Made by a program: the position numbers and the translations under genes. The notes under the pieces were generated by a model that was not told where the DNA came from, did no database searches, and saw only the letters and a list, made by a program, of their open reading frames with translations. A stretch of DNA of 64,000 nucleotides from the human T2T-CHM13v2.0 reference genome, Homo sapiens. Positions 1 through 14,355 of this stretch are shown piece after piece. Numbering within the stretch: the first letter of the stretch is position 1; every line of letters starts with the position of its first letter. The stretch lies in NCBI RefSeq assembly GCF_009914755.1, contig NC_060928.1; one strand, written 5' to 3'.

Positions 1-1829
1 AATGACTTTGTAGTCTTTCCTTGGCTGCTTAGATTCATAATGCTACATCCTACCCAATTAAGAGAAAAGTAACGTTTATCTTTCTAATGAGTGAACAGAT
101 TGAGGAAGTGGTTCTGGAGATAAATGAAGCTCATAGGAGTATTTAGTTAAGTGCTCCTTTTTACAAGTCCTAAATTTGTTTTTCTGTGTATTGGGCATTT
201 CCCACTATGTATAGCATTGGTTCAAGCTGATCATGCCCTTAAGTTTACATCTTATGGGTAGGAAGCCTGGGTAGAGAATAATGAAAATGGTTAGAGATTC
301 CAAAAAGACATCAGTGTGGAAAACTCAAGATGATTAATATTACCAGGCTGAAAAACTGTAAACAAAAAGGAGTTTGTATGGCATTTTAAATATATGAAAG
401 ATTGTTCAGATGTTGATGGGCATTTGTTTCCATTTGTGCTAATTGATTGAGAAAGAATTAAGATTCAGTACAGTTAAGTTCTTCCTAATAATTGTTATAC
501 AAAGTTGCCAAGGGAAGTTGTGAAAGTTTTAGAAAACCTACAATATTCAAGGCTCTTGGAGAAGAGCAAATTATAAAACATGATCCCTGACCTTATGGAG
601 CTTGTTTTGAAGCTGGAAACAGATTGGTGACAAATTATAGATGGCTTGTATTTTCTCTACATTGTAGGAAGCAGAAGACATTTGCAATTTTTCTACTCTC
701 ATTTTATAAATAGGGAGTTGATATGATTAGAACTTTCCAGTGCGAGAGGTAATGGGGCCACCATTCGGGAATGTTAAGATGGAAGAAAAGGAGACAAATA
801 TGGAGAATGTGAAGGTAGGAAAGGTCTGTAGAAAACTCTAGTGGAAGGCAAGTAGGCTATAGGCAAGAGCAATGTGAAAGATGATCAAGACTTGGACTGT
901 CATAGGAGAGGAATGGAAGGATGGACAGATCACATTTACATTGTTACATTTAGTAATTTTCCTAGATGTGGTACTTAAGGAAGAGGCAGAATCCATGTGG
1001 CTATAGGATTCCTGTGCTCCATGATCTGAAAATAAGGGTGACAGAATAAATGTGGTCCTAGAAAGAAAGGTAATTCTAAGAAATTGATTTTGAACGTCTT
1101 GAGATGATAGCCTCTCAAGAGATCTAGTATGTAAAGGGAGCAGAATAAGAAAAGTTATCTGGTTATGACATTGTCTTTGATTCCATTATTTTCTTTCTAC
1201 GATGTTCATTACCTTTATATTACTACTGAACTAGGAGTATTTAAGTTGCTTCTGTTGGGTACACTTAGAACAAATGCCCATAGATTTCAGTGTTTCTGTT
1301 TTCAGACTACTTTATGTGAGGATGGTGAGGTAATTTAACTGCATTCTATTTCTAGTTAATTTTTTGTTTAATGCCTGCCCTTCTTTGCTAAAATAAAATC
1401 TAGGATGACTTATGTTTACTTTCTCTCATTACAAAGATGTCAAATTTTATTTCATTTGCTGATTTTAGTAGGGAATAGATGTCCCTTTGTCTCACAGAAG
1501 TCTTCCAGATTTGACTTTTATTTTAGGATTAAACATGTAACTTTGTATAGGTGGCAGTTCACAGATAAACTTTTAAAACTGGCAGGGACCTTAGAAGGCC
1601 TCTGAGATCGTCTAGTGCAGGCCCTGCATTTCTCAGATCAGTAATCTGAGGTCAAGGGAATAATAATACAGTAATAGCTAACATTTATTCAACTATATTA
1701 TCTATGTGTAATCGTGATAACCTGATAGCATAAGTGGAACGACCTTCCCGAAGTCCCAGAGAAAGTGGCGTATAGCTCACTCGCTTTCAGAACTGTTTTC
1801 TTTAAATGTTTTCTAAAATCATTAGGTTT

Positions 1830-2270
<441 letters not shown>

Positions 2271-3233
2271 TAAGATTTTAGTTTCAAGTACTAGAGAAAT
2301 ACTGGTTATTTACTTGCTTTTTCGGGCCTAGTCTCTCCCATCTTCCAGCAACTCAGTATTCAGTGTGATCTACTTATACTTACTGAATGCTGAGCTGTCA
2401 TATGAATTTGAATGGTTTCTTTAATTTGTACTTGTTTCATATTTCTAGATATCTATGAAAAGTTCACTGTCACTTAGTATAATATATCTGCTTCTTTTGG
2501 GGCAATGAAATATATACACACGAAATTTGAAGGAGATCAGACTAAATAATGTAAACACATAGAAGATTTTATTGAGCAGGGGAAGAAAGACTAAGGATTA
2601 AGGACTGTGACATGCACAAAAAAGTTGGGTTGTCTCAGATATAAAGAGTTTCCCTTCTGCAAATGCCTAGAGCAGGAAGCACACCCAGTATAAAAGATAT
2701 TTGGGCTTGGAATCTGAAAGAATTCAATCCCCAAACCCTGGATATGAACTGGACTCAACAGGAAGGATTGTTTAGCAGATCTTCCCTCTCTGTTCCTCTT
2801 TGTGCTCAAACAAAAATACAGCTGTTAAAAGAGTTTTAAAAAATTATTTCTAAAAGAGTATAAAAACCCCATTCAGATTGCATTCTTTTTATTCTGCTAA
2901 AATGTGAAGTTTCCTTGGCTGCTTCTCTTCCTGATTCATAAAAATCACACAACTACTGTTGCACAATAAAGAAATGGAGAAATGATCAGGGAATCTTTCT
3001 CAGAAAATTCAGTTTTTTTTTATAGAGCAAATAAGAATTTAAGAAAATAAACATTTAAATCATTTGAATTTTATCTTTACATGCTAAAATTCTGTACATG
3101 TTAAACAAGACAGTTTTATGTTACTTCAATAGTATATTAATATACTTTTGGTATAAGCAAAAGTATAATTTTTATCAGCATTTATTATTCTTTTTCAAAG
3201 AGTGACACTCCTAATGAAATATATTTATTACAG

Positions 3234-3385
3234 CTAAAAGATGGCGGCAAGGCAGCCCAGGCAAATGTAAGAATAGGCGATGTGGTTCTCAGCATTGATG
3301 GAATAAATGCACAAGGAATGACTCATCTTGAAGCCCAGAATAAGATTAAGGGTTGTACAGGCTCTTTGAATATGACTCTGCAAAG
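3234..3385 (+). CDS. PDLIM5: PDLIM5 coding exon (C-terminal half of the PDZ domain), 152 nt, phase 0 to 2
   Basis: ttattacag|CTA AAA GAT...CTG CAA AG|gtaagt. Translates LKDGGKAAQANVRIGDVVLSIDGINAQGMTHLEAQNKIKGCTGSLNMTLQR, recognised as the PDLIM5/ENH PDZ sequence. Confidence 0.97.
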
Positions 3386-3602
3386 GTAAGTTGCTTTTTG
3401 TTTGTCCCTGAAAGAGAAAACAACATTGAGGAATGTGTTTTTGTGTGTCTGACTCACGGTGTTAACTAAGACTCAGTTTCTGCTACCATCATTTCAGGTA
3501 AATAAAAAATATAATGGCTCTTAAATTGGATAATTAAGCAGCAAGAGAATTGCTGAAAGCTATGAGTTATTTCCCCATCAAAAGGCATGTATTCCCATAC
3601 TA

Positions 3603-3914
<312 letters not shown>

Positions 3915-4204
3915 TCAGAGAATTCAGGAATTCTTGAAATTTCTCAATGGAGTGCAGGCTAAGAATTCTTTCTGTTAGGTAAAATTCTGAGCATTATATT
4001 AAAGGGTATTCTTTTAGGATATGATTTGGCTTTCATTAGTTTGTCCTTTTCTCTTTTTTTTTTTCTGAGTAGAAAATTTTTAATAGAGTCATTTGAAGGC
4101 TGGACTTTTTGAACTTATTGCTTTCTAAAGTCACTCTGGCCTCAAGTTATAAAATAATTAATCATCACATTGTTTATAATATATCAGGTATTTTGAGCAT
4201 CCCA

Positions 4205-4352
4205 TCATTTGAAACCTGCACCAAAATCATCTGGAGTGCTTGTTAAAAATACTGATGTCTATACTGAATCCGAATTTCTGGAAGGAAAGACCAGGAGTTA
4301 TATTTATTGAAGTTCTCTGTGGTTATTATGACTTAAAAAGTTTGATCACTGT
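4205..4352. mobile_element. MER5-like hAT-Charlie fragment
   Basis: aaatcatctggagtgcttgttaaaaatactgatg...actgaatccgaatttctgg...aagtttgatcactg. Confidence 0.55.
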
Positions 4353-4431
4353 AGTATCCTGGGCTGAAGGCAAGGGAGGAGAAAGAGGGAATGCAGAGTG
4401 ATGGAAGGGTAGCTGTGAACCTTCAGCTTTA

Positions 4432-4951
<520 letters not shown>

Positions 4952-6240
4952 AAGAGGGAAATAAAACCTGGTACCTTCCCAACATATTTGGCTATGGAAC
5001 CTTTTTCTTGGAGCCTCTCCTAGGAGTCGTGTTTTGTGAAAAACACTTAGGCAGTGCTTCTCTGCTTTTTGCTACTGCTGTCCTAGGTGATTGCTAGTGA
5101 AAGGATTTCTATAGGATAAATTATATTTACCTGAGTATCAATTTGGTATTAAAACTGAATAGGAAATTGTTTTTGCAAACTTTGACTTAGACATACAGAT
5201 CTATTTTGAGGTATTGTGACTTTCTAAGCAGTTTCCTCTTTAGGGTCTTTTTAAAAAACTTAGAGAAATTCTTTTCAGTGGGACTGCTGAATCAATGTTT
5301 ATATGTATTTTGAATTTTGATAGGCTATTAGCTATACATTTTAATGCGTAGGAAAGTAGTCAATAAGAAAAGTAATTGGTTATAAAAAAATTTGTTTCAT
5401 TAGTATTCTTCTGTTCTCTATATTGAGACATGTAACATGAAAGTTGTTACTAATCAAATGAAAGTAAAGTCATTTTTAATTTACCAAGTATGAATTTTGA
5501 AGGGAAATCAAGAGGTCAAGAAGCTTAACTTGTTTGAGATATCAAGAAAGCAAAACAAATAGAGATGATGACAGGCTGTTTTACACATTCTAAAACTGAA
5601 AGTTTATTTAAGGGTATGAGCTCTTTCATGGGTTGCGTACAATTTCTTTCATACCAGCCTGCTTGTTTTCACATTGTGCTGCTTATTTTATGACCCAGGA
5701 ACCAGAATCTTATTTTCTATTGAAAACACTTCTGAGCCCCATAAGAATAGATAAAAACCAGATGTTGCCCTGTTTGGATGCCTTTCCAATTTATGTAATC
5801 TGCTACTGATTCTAATAAAGATTCTTTAAGGCTGCTTAAATACAGAATCTGACAAACCAACTTACAAAATTGACTTGTTATAAACATTTGAGTATACTAC
5901 TTAATCATATCTTCATATTTCTAAATAATAGACATTCAAGGACCCAAACTATTAGGGAGTATTTTAGAGTCCCATTATTATTCATTGGCGTTCTCTTCAA
6001 GTTTTTGAGCAGTTCTTGTGTTAGGTAATGTCAGCCTGTTTTGATAGAGTGTGTGGTTAACAAAATTCGTAGTATAACATTGACAGTGCTACTGAAGAAA
6101 TACTTTTGCCTTTTAAGGAAAAAAATACAACTTTGAAGAGTTATCTTTGATTCTTTTCTATACCAGGACCATTCTCTCCTTAAGTTTTCTCTCTTATATC
6201 AAAGTAAGTATGTTTTCCAAGTTTGAACAGCATTTCTTTC

Positions 6241-6862
<622 letters not shown>

Positions 6863-7036
6863 CTGAACAGCATTCTTAATTGTCCTCTGGTCAGTTCTTC
6901 ATTCCACTTCTCACCAACCAGATTACTCTGAATTCTTCCAAACTAAGTTACCTACAAGAGTACTTTTTCAGTGAACTCTTCCCTTCATAAACTTGAAGTT
7001 TTCTGCATGAATATATACTACTATCATTTACAGACT

Positions 7037-7497
7037 TGTCTTAGTCCAATTTCCTAGAGCAGAGTCTGAGATGGGGATTCTTGTGCAAGTGATACAGTAA
7101 GGGATTCCTTTAAGGAAAGCAGTGAGTGAAACAGGATTGGGAAGCAGAAGAAACTGAGATGAGCAAAGGTGTGATTTCAGGGGATATCCAGCTTCACTTG
7201 ATCCAGCAGGAAACTTGGGAACAAAATTGCACTACAGAGTGAGTCTGTCTTGCCTTGAGGCAATGAAACTGGGCTTTTGTACCCCCTTCCTTGTATTTGT
7301 TAGTTATTAGCTGTCAGCTGCCCTGGAAGTATGTTGTGTGAGTAAACAGAGAAGAGGGCTAGGAGGTAGCTTATATTGCTTCCAAAGAAAGTTACTGGTG
7401 TGAACCATTAGAAGCAATGGAAGAAACACCTGGGGAATTGGTGTACCAAACCATTAGAAGGGTTCCAGGAGATCTAAGCTGGGCACAGACAACAGCA
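7037..7497. mobile_element. Old MaLR LTR (MLT1-type)
   Basis: Starts tgtcttagtcc...agcagagtctgagatggggattcttgtgcaagtgat, typical of MLT1J/K/L-like LTRs. Confidence 0.6.
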
Positions 7498-8094
7498 CGT
7501 GCTATGGGATTCTATCCAGACTAATCCCTCTGCTCAGAAGGTCGTGTTCTTTGTAATCGAGTCCTCCTCACATTGTCCTCTCCAGATCACCACCACTCAT
7601 CACTGAATGCCCTTTCTTCCATTTAGGATAGGTTTCTCACCATCCTTCTCTTGCCTTTATGCCCTCTCATGAAATTCATTTCATCTGAAATGCCCACCAC
7701 CTGTTCACTGCCAGTGCATGCCTTCACATCCACTAAACCCAAATCGAGTGTCTCCTGCCCACAGTCTGTTCCTACTATCGCACCTCACTCCTTTTTCCCC
7801 TTCTGAACTTGTATGAAATAGTTTATGCCATTCAGTTCAGCGTTTAATTATACACTAGGTATAATCAGGAATAACAAGGGCAATTCCACGAGTCTTATAC
7901 AAATAAACCTAATTAGCTAATAGTCATACCTAGCACTGCCTATGTTATTTACTAATTATTCCGTGTATATTAGTCGTGGTTCTCCAAGAAGACTCTTTAA
8001 GAGCAAAAACCATGTTTTTTTTTACTCTATTTGTATTTGATAGCATCTTGTATAGTAGTCTGTTTTTGATAGGCACCAGTATTATTTCCCAAAG

Positions 8095-8330
8095 TAGGAA
8101 TCATTTATCTATTTCACTAATATTTTCTGAACTCTTACTATGTGCCGGGCACTGTTATAGATTTTGGGGACATAGCAGTGAACAAACCAAACAAAAATCT
8201 CTGCTTTCATAGTACTGACATTTTAGAGGACTGAGACAGATAATAAACAAGTAAGCAGAATATGTAATATATCTCGTGTGGATATATTACACGGAATATT
8301 ATAGGGAAAAATAAAGCATGTGAGGGAGCA
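8095..8330. mobile_element. L2 3'-end fragment
   Basis: actatgtgccgggcactgtt...ggggacatagcagtgaacaaa...atctctgctttcatag. Confidence 0.6.
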
Positions 8331-10016
8331 CCTTCTCACTTGGGGTACTCATGCCCAGATATCCAATAACCTTCTCACTGTGGCTTTCCTTACCACCCTA
8401 TTTTAAACTGCAGTTTCCCAGGGAATTGCATGAGTATCCAAAGCAGAGCGAAGAGCCAGTGTGGTGGCCCTCTGTCAGGGAGGCTGGTATAGCCAAACAG
8501 AGTGAGTGAAGGCAGACTGGTTAGAAGTAAGGTAAGAGAGGTAGCAGGAAGGGAGTAGAAGTGGCGAGAACTTGTAGGGCCTTGTGGGTCATTGCCTTGT
8601 TTGCAATCAAATTTAAGTTTTCCAGGGCCTATGAAAACATTGCGAGAAAGCTCTGGAAAGTTATAGCTGGTTGGCCAGGGATCTAGAGCAGCGTTTTGGA
8701 GAGAAATAACTTACAGTCACGGAAAGGAAGGCCAGAGGAAGGAGCAGACCAGGTCTCCCCCAACTCAATAGTGGTGGCGCTGCCTTTTCCTGCTAGCACT
8801 GTAGAAACACTGGATGAGGACCACTGCTGCCCAAATTCTTCTCTCCTCCACCTAAGAATTCCCAAGGAGAGAACGAAACCCAGTTTTTGTTTTTGAAAAG
8901 AAAATTACCAGTAATTTTGTTTTGTTAATTTTTTTGCATTGAATATTATTCTTATATATCCACTAATTTTTAAGAAAATATACGTGTATATTCAAAATTT
9001 GGTTTCATTTTTAGGCCCAACCTCAATATCTTAAAATAGGATTTAGATAAGAAAAAGTAAGATAAAGATACTTGCTTGAGTCTGGTGGTTTTGTAACTGT
9101 TATTTATGTCTACTTTAATTTGGGGGCATATAATAAAGCAAACACATTTTCTTTCTATGACATCCTAAAAAATAAGACTTGACTCAGTATACTCTGTGTT
9201 TCTAATGAACATAAAAGTGTGAATGGTTTTATTTTGATTTGTCTTTTATCGTTGAAAAAATTGGAAAAAACATATTTTTTTCCTGGCCGTGAAACTAATT
9301 CTAGGAGTACTGCAACTGAACTATAAAAAATTCTATTTAAAATTATTTTTACTCTTGGGGAAGTCAGGCAAATAACAGTGCTTATTTTTAAATGTCAAAT
9401 GTGTTTGCCTATGATTTTGATCCAAATCAAAGTGGATCATTTTTTAAAATTACATTATTTCAGTTGATACAAGAAGAAAATTACTTTCAAAAGCTTCGAT
9501 GTCTAATTAAACTATTAACTGTATTAGAACTGGTTTCTATGAAAAAGGTTTTTAACTGTTCCATTTATTTCAGTAGTTAGCTACATAGTAGGACATAGAT
9601 AAACTTGTTACATGCTTATTGTATGATTTAGGGCTAGTGGCTAAACTACTGGGCCTTAATTTTCTTGACTATAAAATGAGGTCATGGGTGATTTCTAAAT
9701 TCCCTTTTTGTAATAAAAATAGTGGTTCTTGTTCTGGTTTTTCAACTGTAAATGGATAAGTTCCCTAGAGCTTGCTATTAGATCAAACCAACTTAAGTTT
9801 GCTTATTTTGGCTGAGAGAATCAGGAAATTGGACTTTCTTCATTGGAGTTATCTTAAACTGTGCCAGGTTAACAAAGTGACTTGTACTGTTCTGCTCACT
9901 TTAAGGTGAAAGGTAGGTCAGATGGGTATGCAAGCATCATTTATTCCTCAGAAAATACAGTACTATATATTTTTATTCTTATTTTATGTTGTTAAATTAA
10001 TCCTCTTGGAATCACA

Positions 10017-10018
<2 letters not shown>

Positions 10019-10061
<43 letters not shown>
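10019..10061. repeat. (AT)n microsatellite, about 21 units
   Basis: Read directly from the sequence. Confidence 0.98.
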
Positions 10062-10064
<3 letters not shown>

Positions 10065-10938
10065 TTTCTACTCTTCCTTGTTTTTATATTACTAGTAGTG
10101 GCATGTCTGTGGTTTTTTAAAATTTTTGTTTCTTATTCTTCAAACTTCATTTACTGTCTAACTTGTTATGATTAGAAGTGAAAGACCTAGAAGAATTGAG
10201 TTTTGAAAAATATTGATGTACTACTCTTTCTGCCTTCCCCTTCTTCTTCATCCTTCAAACAACAAAAAGATTGCCAGAGGTCCAAATACTGCTGCTAATG
10301 AATGACAGATTGGAGTAATTTAATAGGTACATTGGATTATAAGAGAAAAGAAGAAGTAGCTGTTGTACCAGACTGAAGCTATTAGCCATCTTTTGTCTCA
10401 TTTTAATGGGTTGTTTAATATCCCATTACTGTTAGCTTTATGGGTTCAACTCTGCTGTTTCTTTCACCAATAGAATAGAGGCAGGAGTTTAGAAAGTACT
10501 TTTTTCAATCGAAGTTTTCAGTTCTCTATCTGGGACATTTCAGTTCATGTGAATTAAAAGATATTTAGTTAGATTTTTTTTCTTTTAATAATTGGAGTTT
10601 CACATCATCCCATTTGAAGTTACTTTTTTTTTCTTCTTTGGTATTTCACGTACTTTTCTAGTGTTTATTCTTCAGTTTAGCTTTTACTACTTCTTCTTTG
10701 CTTATTTGTTTTTAATTCTTAGGTTGGAGGATGACAGTTTTTCAGAAGGACTAAGTCTGATTGATTATGTCCCCCATCCATCATTAAAATTAGAAATGCT
10801 GCTTAGGAGTGGGAAAGAGGACAAACATGTATTGACATGCTTTGTGAATTTTTTTTTTCTTACATATATCATTAAATCCTTATATCAATCCATTGAGGAA
10901 GAAGTTAGCCTATTTCAGGTGAATATATAATGCCTTAG

Positions 10939-11154
10939 AGGTATCCAATCTTTTGGCTTCCTTGGGCCACGTTGGAAGAGGAGTTGTTTTGGGCCACACA
11001 TACAATATGCTAATACTAGCGATAGCTGATGAGCTTAAAGTAGTCACAAAAAAACCTCATAATGTTTTAAGAAAGTTTACAAATTTGTGTTGGGCTGCAT
11101 TCAAAGCCATCCTGGGCCACATGCAGCCTGTGGGCCGTGGGTTGGACAAGCCTG
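10939..11154. mobile_element. MER30 (hAT-Charlie MITE)
   Basis: tccaatcttttggcttcc...agaaagtttacaaatttgtgttgggctgcattcaaagcc...ggttggacaagcctg; near-repeat gcc(t)tagag at both flanks. Confidence 0.85.
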
Positions 11155-11673
11155 GCCTAGAGAGTTTGTGTGATTTGCCTAACAAACTCAGATCAGTTCA
11201 TAGCTTATGCCCTCCTTACTTTCTTTGCTGTGGCAAAGGACTTAATGACTAGTCTCCTAGTATATATTTGATAAGATGGGATAGATGCATAATAGGGGTC
11301 ACTCTTCCTCTACTTATGAGCAACTGCATCTCTGTTAAAAAGTACTTTTCATTTTTTACTCTCCCCTGTCAGTATTCTGTAATAAAAATTATACCTAAAT
11401 TATTTTCTATGTGCTTTAAAAAGATCCTATATGTTAGAGTGAAAGGAAAAGGGGGGGAAAAGCTTATAGGTTAATGGGCCACTAGATAGAAACATTCGTT
11501 TGGATACTGACTTGTGTATATGGTTTCCCATCCTAAGCCAGAAAGTCATCTTTTATTTTTTTCTTCCAAATTTATAACCCTATTGACTATATTTGCTAGT
11601 TCATTCCTATGCTTCTATGTATGCATTCTGTGAGTAACTAAAAATTCTGGAATTTTTAAAAAAATATGTTTTA

Positions 11674-12221
11674 TGTGGCTGACTGCCACAACTACTACTT
11701 GAGATCATCATTACAGCAGTTACTACTGTTACTACTTGAGCCATCATTCCAACAGTTACTACTGTTACTCCTTTAGACCATCATTATGAGACTGAATGAA
11801 GGGACGGACGAACGTAGAAATGAAAACTTTAGACAAAAGTAACTATTTTAAAGGAAAGGCTAGCATGGGGAAGAAGAGAGAAGAAGAAAAGGGCTCCCTG
11901 CTTCTGGTGAGCAAAGGCAGCCGCCTAAGCTTCTACAGCCCTTGGTATTTATTGGGTAACAAGGGCAGGGAGGAGGAGGTAACAATTAGTCAGCTGCTTA
12001 ATCCATCACAGGTTCATATTGTTACTAACAGGCTTCAGTTATGCCTAATCATAAGAAACACTTGCGCCTGGGTCGTGACTGCCCTCAGCAATCCTTCCGG
12101 GTGGCAGACGCAGTTTGTCAGTTTGCCAATATTCTGCATGTATGACAGTTTGCTGCTTACTCATATAGCCTCCAGTGGTATACTGAGTTGATCACAACCC
12201 TCACTCTTTTGGCCTCCAACA
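11674..12221 (-). mobile_element. Solo ERV LTR, 548 bp; family not assigned (a 6-bp TSD suggests ERVK class)
   Basis: TG...CA termini; TSD gtttta at 11668-11673 and 12222-12227; minus-strand AATAAA (tttatt near 11948); internal ~37-bp tandem repeats. Confidence 0.85.
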
Positions 12222-12229
12222 GTTTTAGG

Positions 12230-12587
<358 letters not shown>

Positions 12588-13029
12588 TCAACAAATCAAT
12601 CAGCAGACATAGAAAATAAGTATTTATCTTATATATCTCTTTTTCTTCAATTCAGTAGGCCTTAAAGATTGTTGGAAATGGACTTGAAGGCACAATTTAA
12701 TTCTGAATAGTCTGTGGCAGTTTGACAATAAACAGATCTGATAAATATGGGTTGGTTAGGATGTATTTTGTATTGTGAAATTCTTCACTTTGACTTTACA
12801 TCTTGAAAGTTTTTTTTTAACATATGAAAGTCTTATTTATTTCTCTGAAGGAAAACTTACTTCAATCTATACTCCTTTGGGAAAGCAATCCCAGGAATAA
12901 TATGTTTAAAGATCTGTTTAGTTTTAAATCTTTAAAAATTTTTTTGGATCACACCTAAAATAGTCTTTGCAAAATGAAATTTTAATATGTAGAATTTTTA
13001 AGGTCCATGAAATAGAGATGTAAAGAAGG

Positions 13030-13215
13030 TGAATGGCACCAGCATTGGCTTTGAAATTAGGCAAACTTGATCCAAATCCTGGTTTCACCATTTCCTGGCT
13101 ATGTGACCTTAGGCAGGTTATGTAACTGAGTTTCAGTTAACCACTTGTACCTGCCTTCTAGGGCTTTTACACAGGTTGAATGAAATAGCCTATGTAAAGA
13201 ACCTAGGACATAATA
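13030..13215. mobile_element. MIR
   Basis: ccaaatcctggtttcaccatttcctggctatgtgaccttaggcaggtta...tatgtaaagaacctag. Confidence 0.65.
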
Positions 13216-14355
13216 AAGATGAGTTTTCTCTCTTCCTATTTCTCTCTTCAGTTAATAAGTGAGTATTAGTACGGTATCCATTGTAAAGTACTTCTAGAGG
13301 ACCATATTTGTTTTGTTTCTTGGCAACAAAAATGGGTGTGGCTGAGGGAAAGAGGGAGAAACTGAGAGAGGGAAATCAGTAGGTCATTACCTGACAAAGT
13401 CAGAAAGATAATGATGCAAGATTTAGAAGAGAGGATTGCTTAGTCAAATGAGTGATTTTGGATCATGTAGATGTAATTAAAGCTTTTTCGAAGAGTATAG
13501 AGGATGCAAACATGTTTACTGCCAGCTAATTACTGCTTTGGTTCAAAATTATTGTCTAAACCAATAATTTATGGCCCATCTGGCAGGAAAGATAGTGGCA
13601 GCAAAGAGAAACCAGTACACACCTAGTCTTGTTTATTCTGCTAACTCCTCGTGTTCATCTTAGAGGAACGATGCAAATGTAGTTCTTCTTTACTGTGGGT
13701 TAAGTCAGAAAGACAAACAAAAATGTGAGTTTTTTCTCTCATTTTATATTCATGTATATTCCCTTTAAAGTAATTTTCTGAGTAACATATTAAAATCAAG
13801 TAAAATTACTAACTTTTGGAACATGTTTTTCTGATACTTTTAGAATAAATTTTCTTTTAAAACCCTTCCTCAGGACTACCGTTTATTACTGAGGTTTAAA
13901 ATTTCATAATGTTCATTAAATTTAAAAATTTGGACTTTTCCTTCAGATTTACATTATGACTAGCAGCCATAAGAGGTGGACATAAAGAGATTTATAATCT
14001 TTGCCCTTAAAGAATTTATAATCTCTTTATTGAGATCGGGAGAGATAGAATATGCTACAGGGGTTCAAAGGAGAGTTAAAGATCCCATTCTAATGGAAAG
14101 CCTTTGTGGAGATGCAGAAACCTGGGCTAGGCTTTGAAGAATGAGGTTAAATGAAATAGCATATGTAAAGAGCCTAGGACATAATAAGGATAAGTTTTCT
14201 CTCCTTTCTTCCTATTTCCCTCCTCAGTTGATAAGTATTAGTATGGAATCCATTGTAAAGTACTTCAAGAATATCATATTTGTTTTGTTTCTTGGCAACA
14301 AAATGGGTGTGACTGAGGGAAAGAGGGAGAAACAGCGAGGGAAGTCAGGTAGGTA
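13172..14355 (+). repeat. Dispersed ~210-bp direct duplication (13172-13384 and 14143-14355)
   Basis: Both copies read aatgaaatagc.tatgtaaaga.cctaggacataataa...tccattgtaaagtacttc...tttgttttgtttcttggcaacaaaa..tgggtgtg.ctgagggaaagagg.gagaaac. Confidence 0.9.

Noticed and set aside
11688-11790. Regularly spaced ~37-bp repeats resembling a CRISPR array
   Set aside because: The units are contiguous with no unique spacers, sit inside an LTR in human DNA, and there are no cas genes.
11796-12191. 131-aa ORF
   Set aside because: It lies wholly within the solo LTR, on the LTR's antisense strand, and has no protein-like features.
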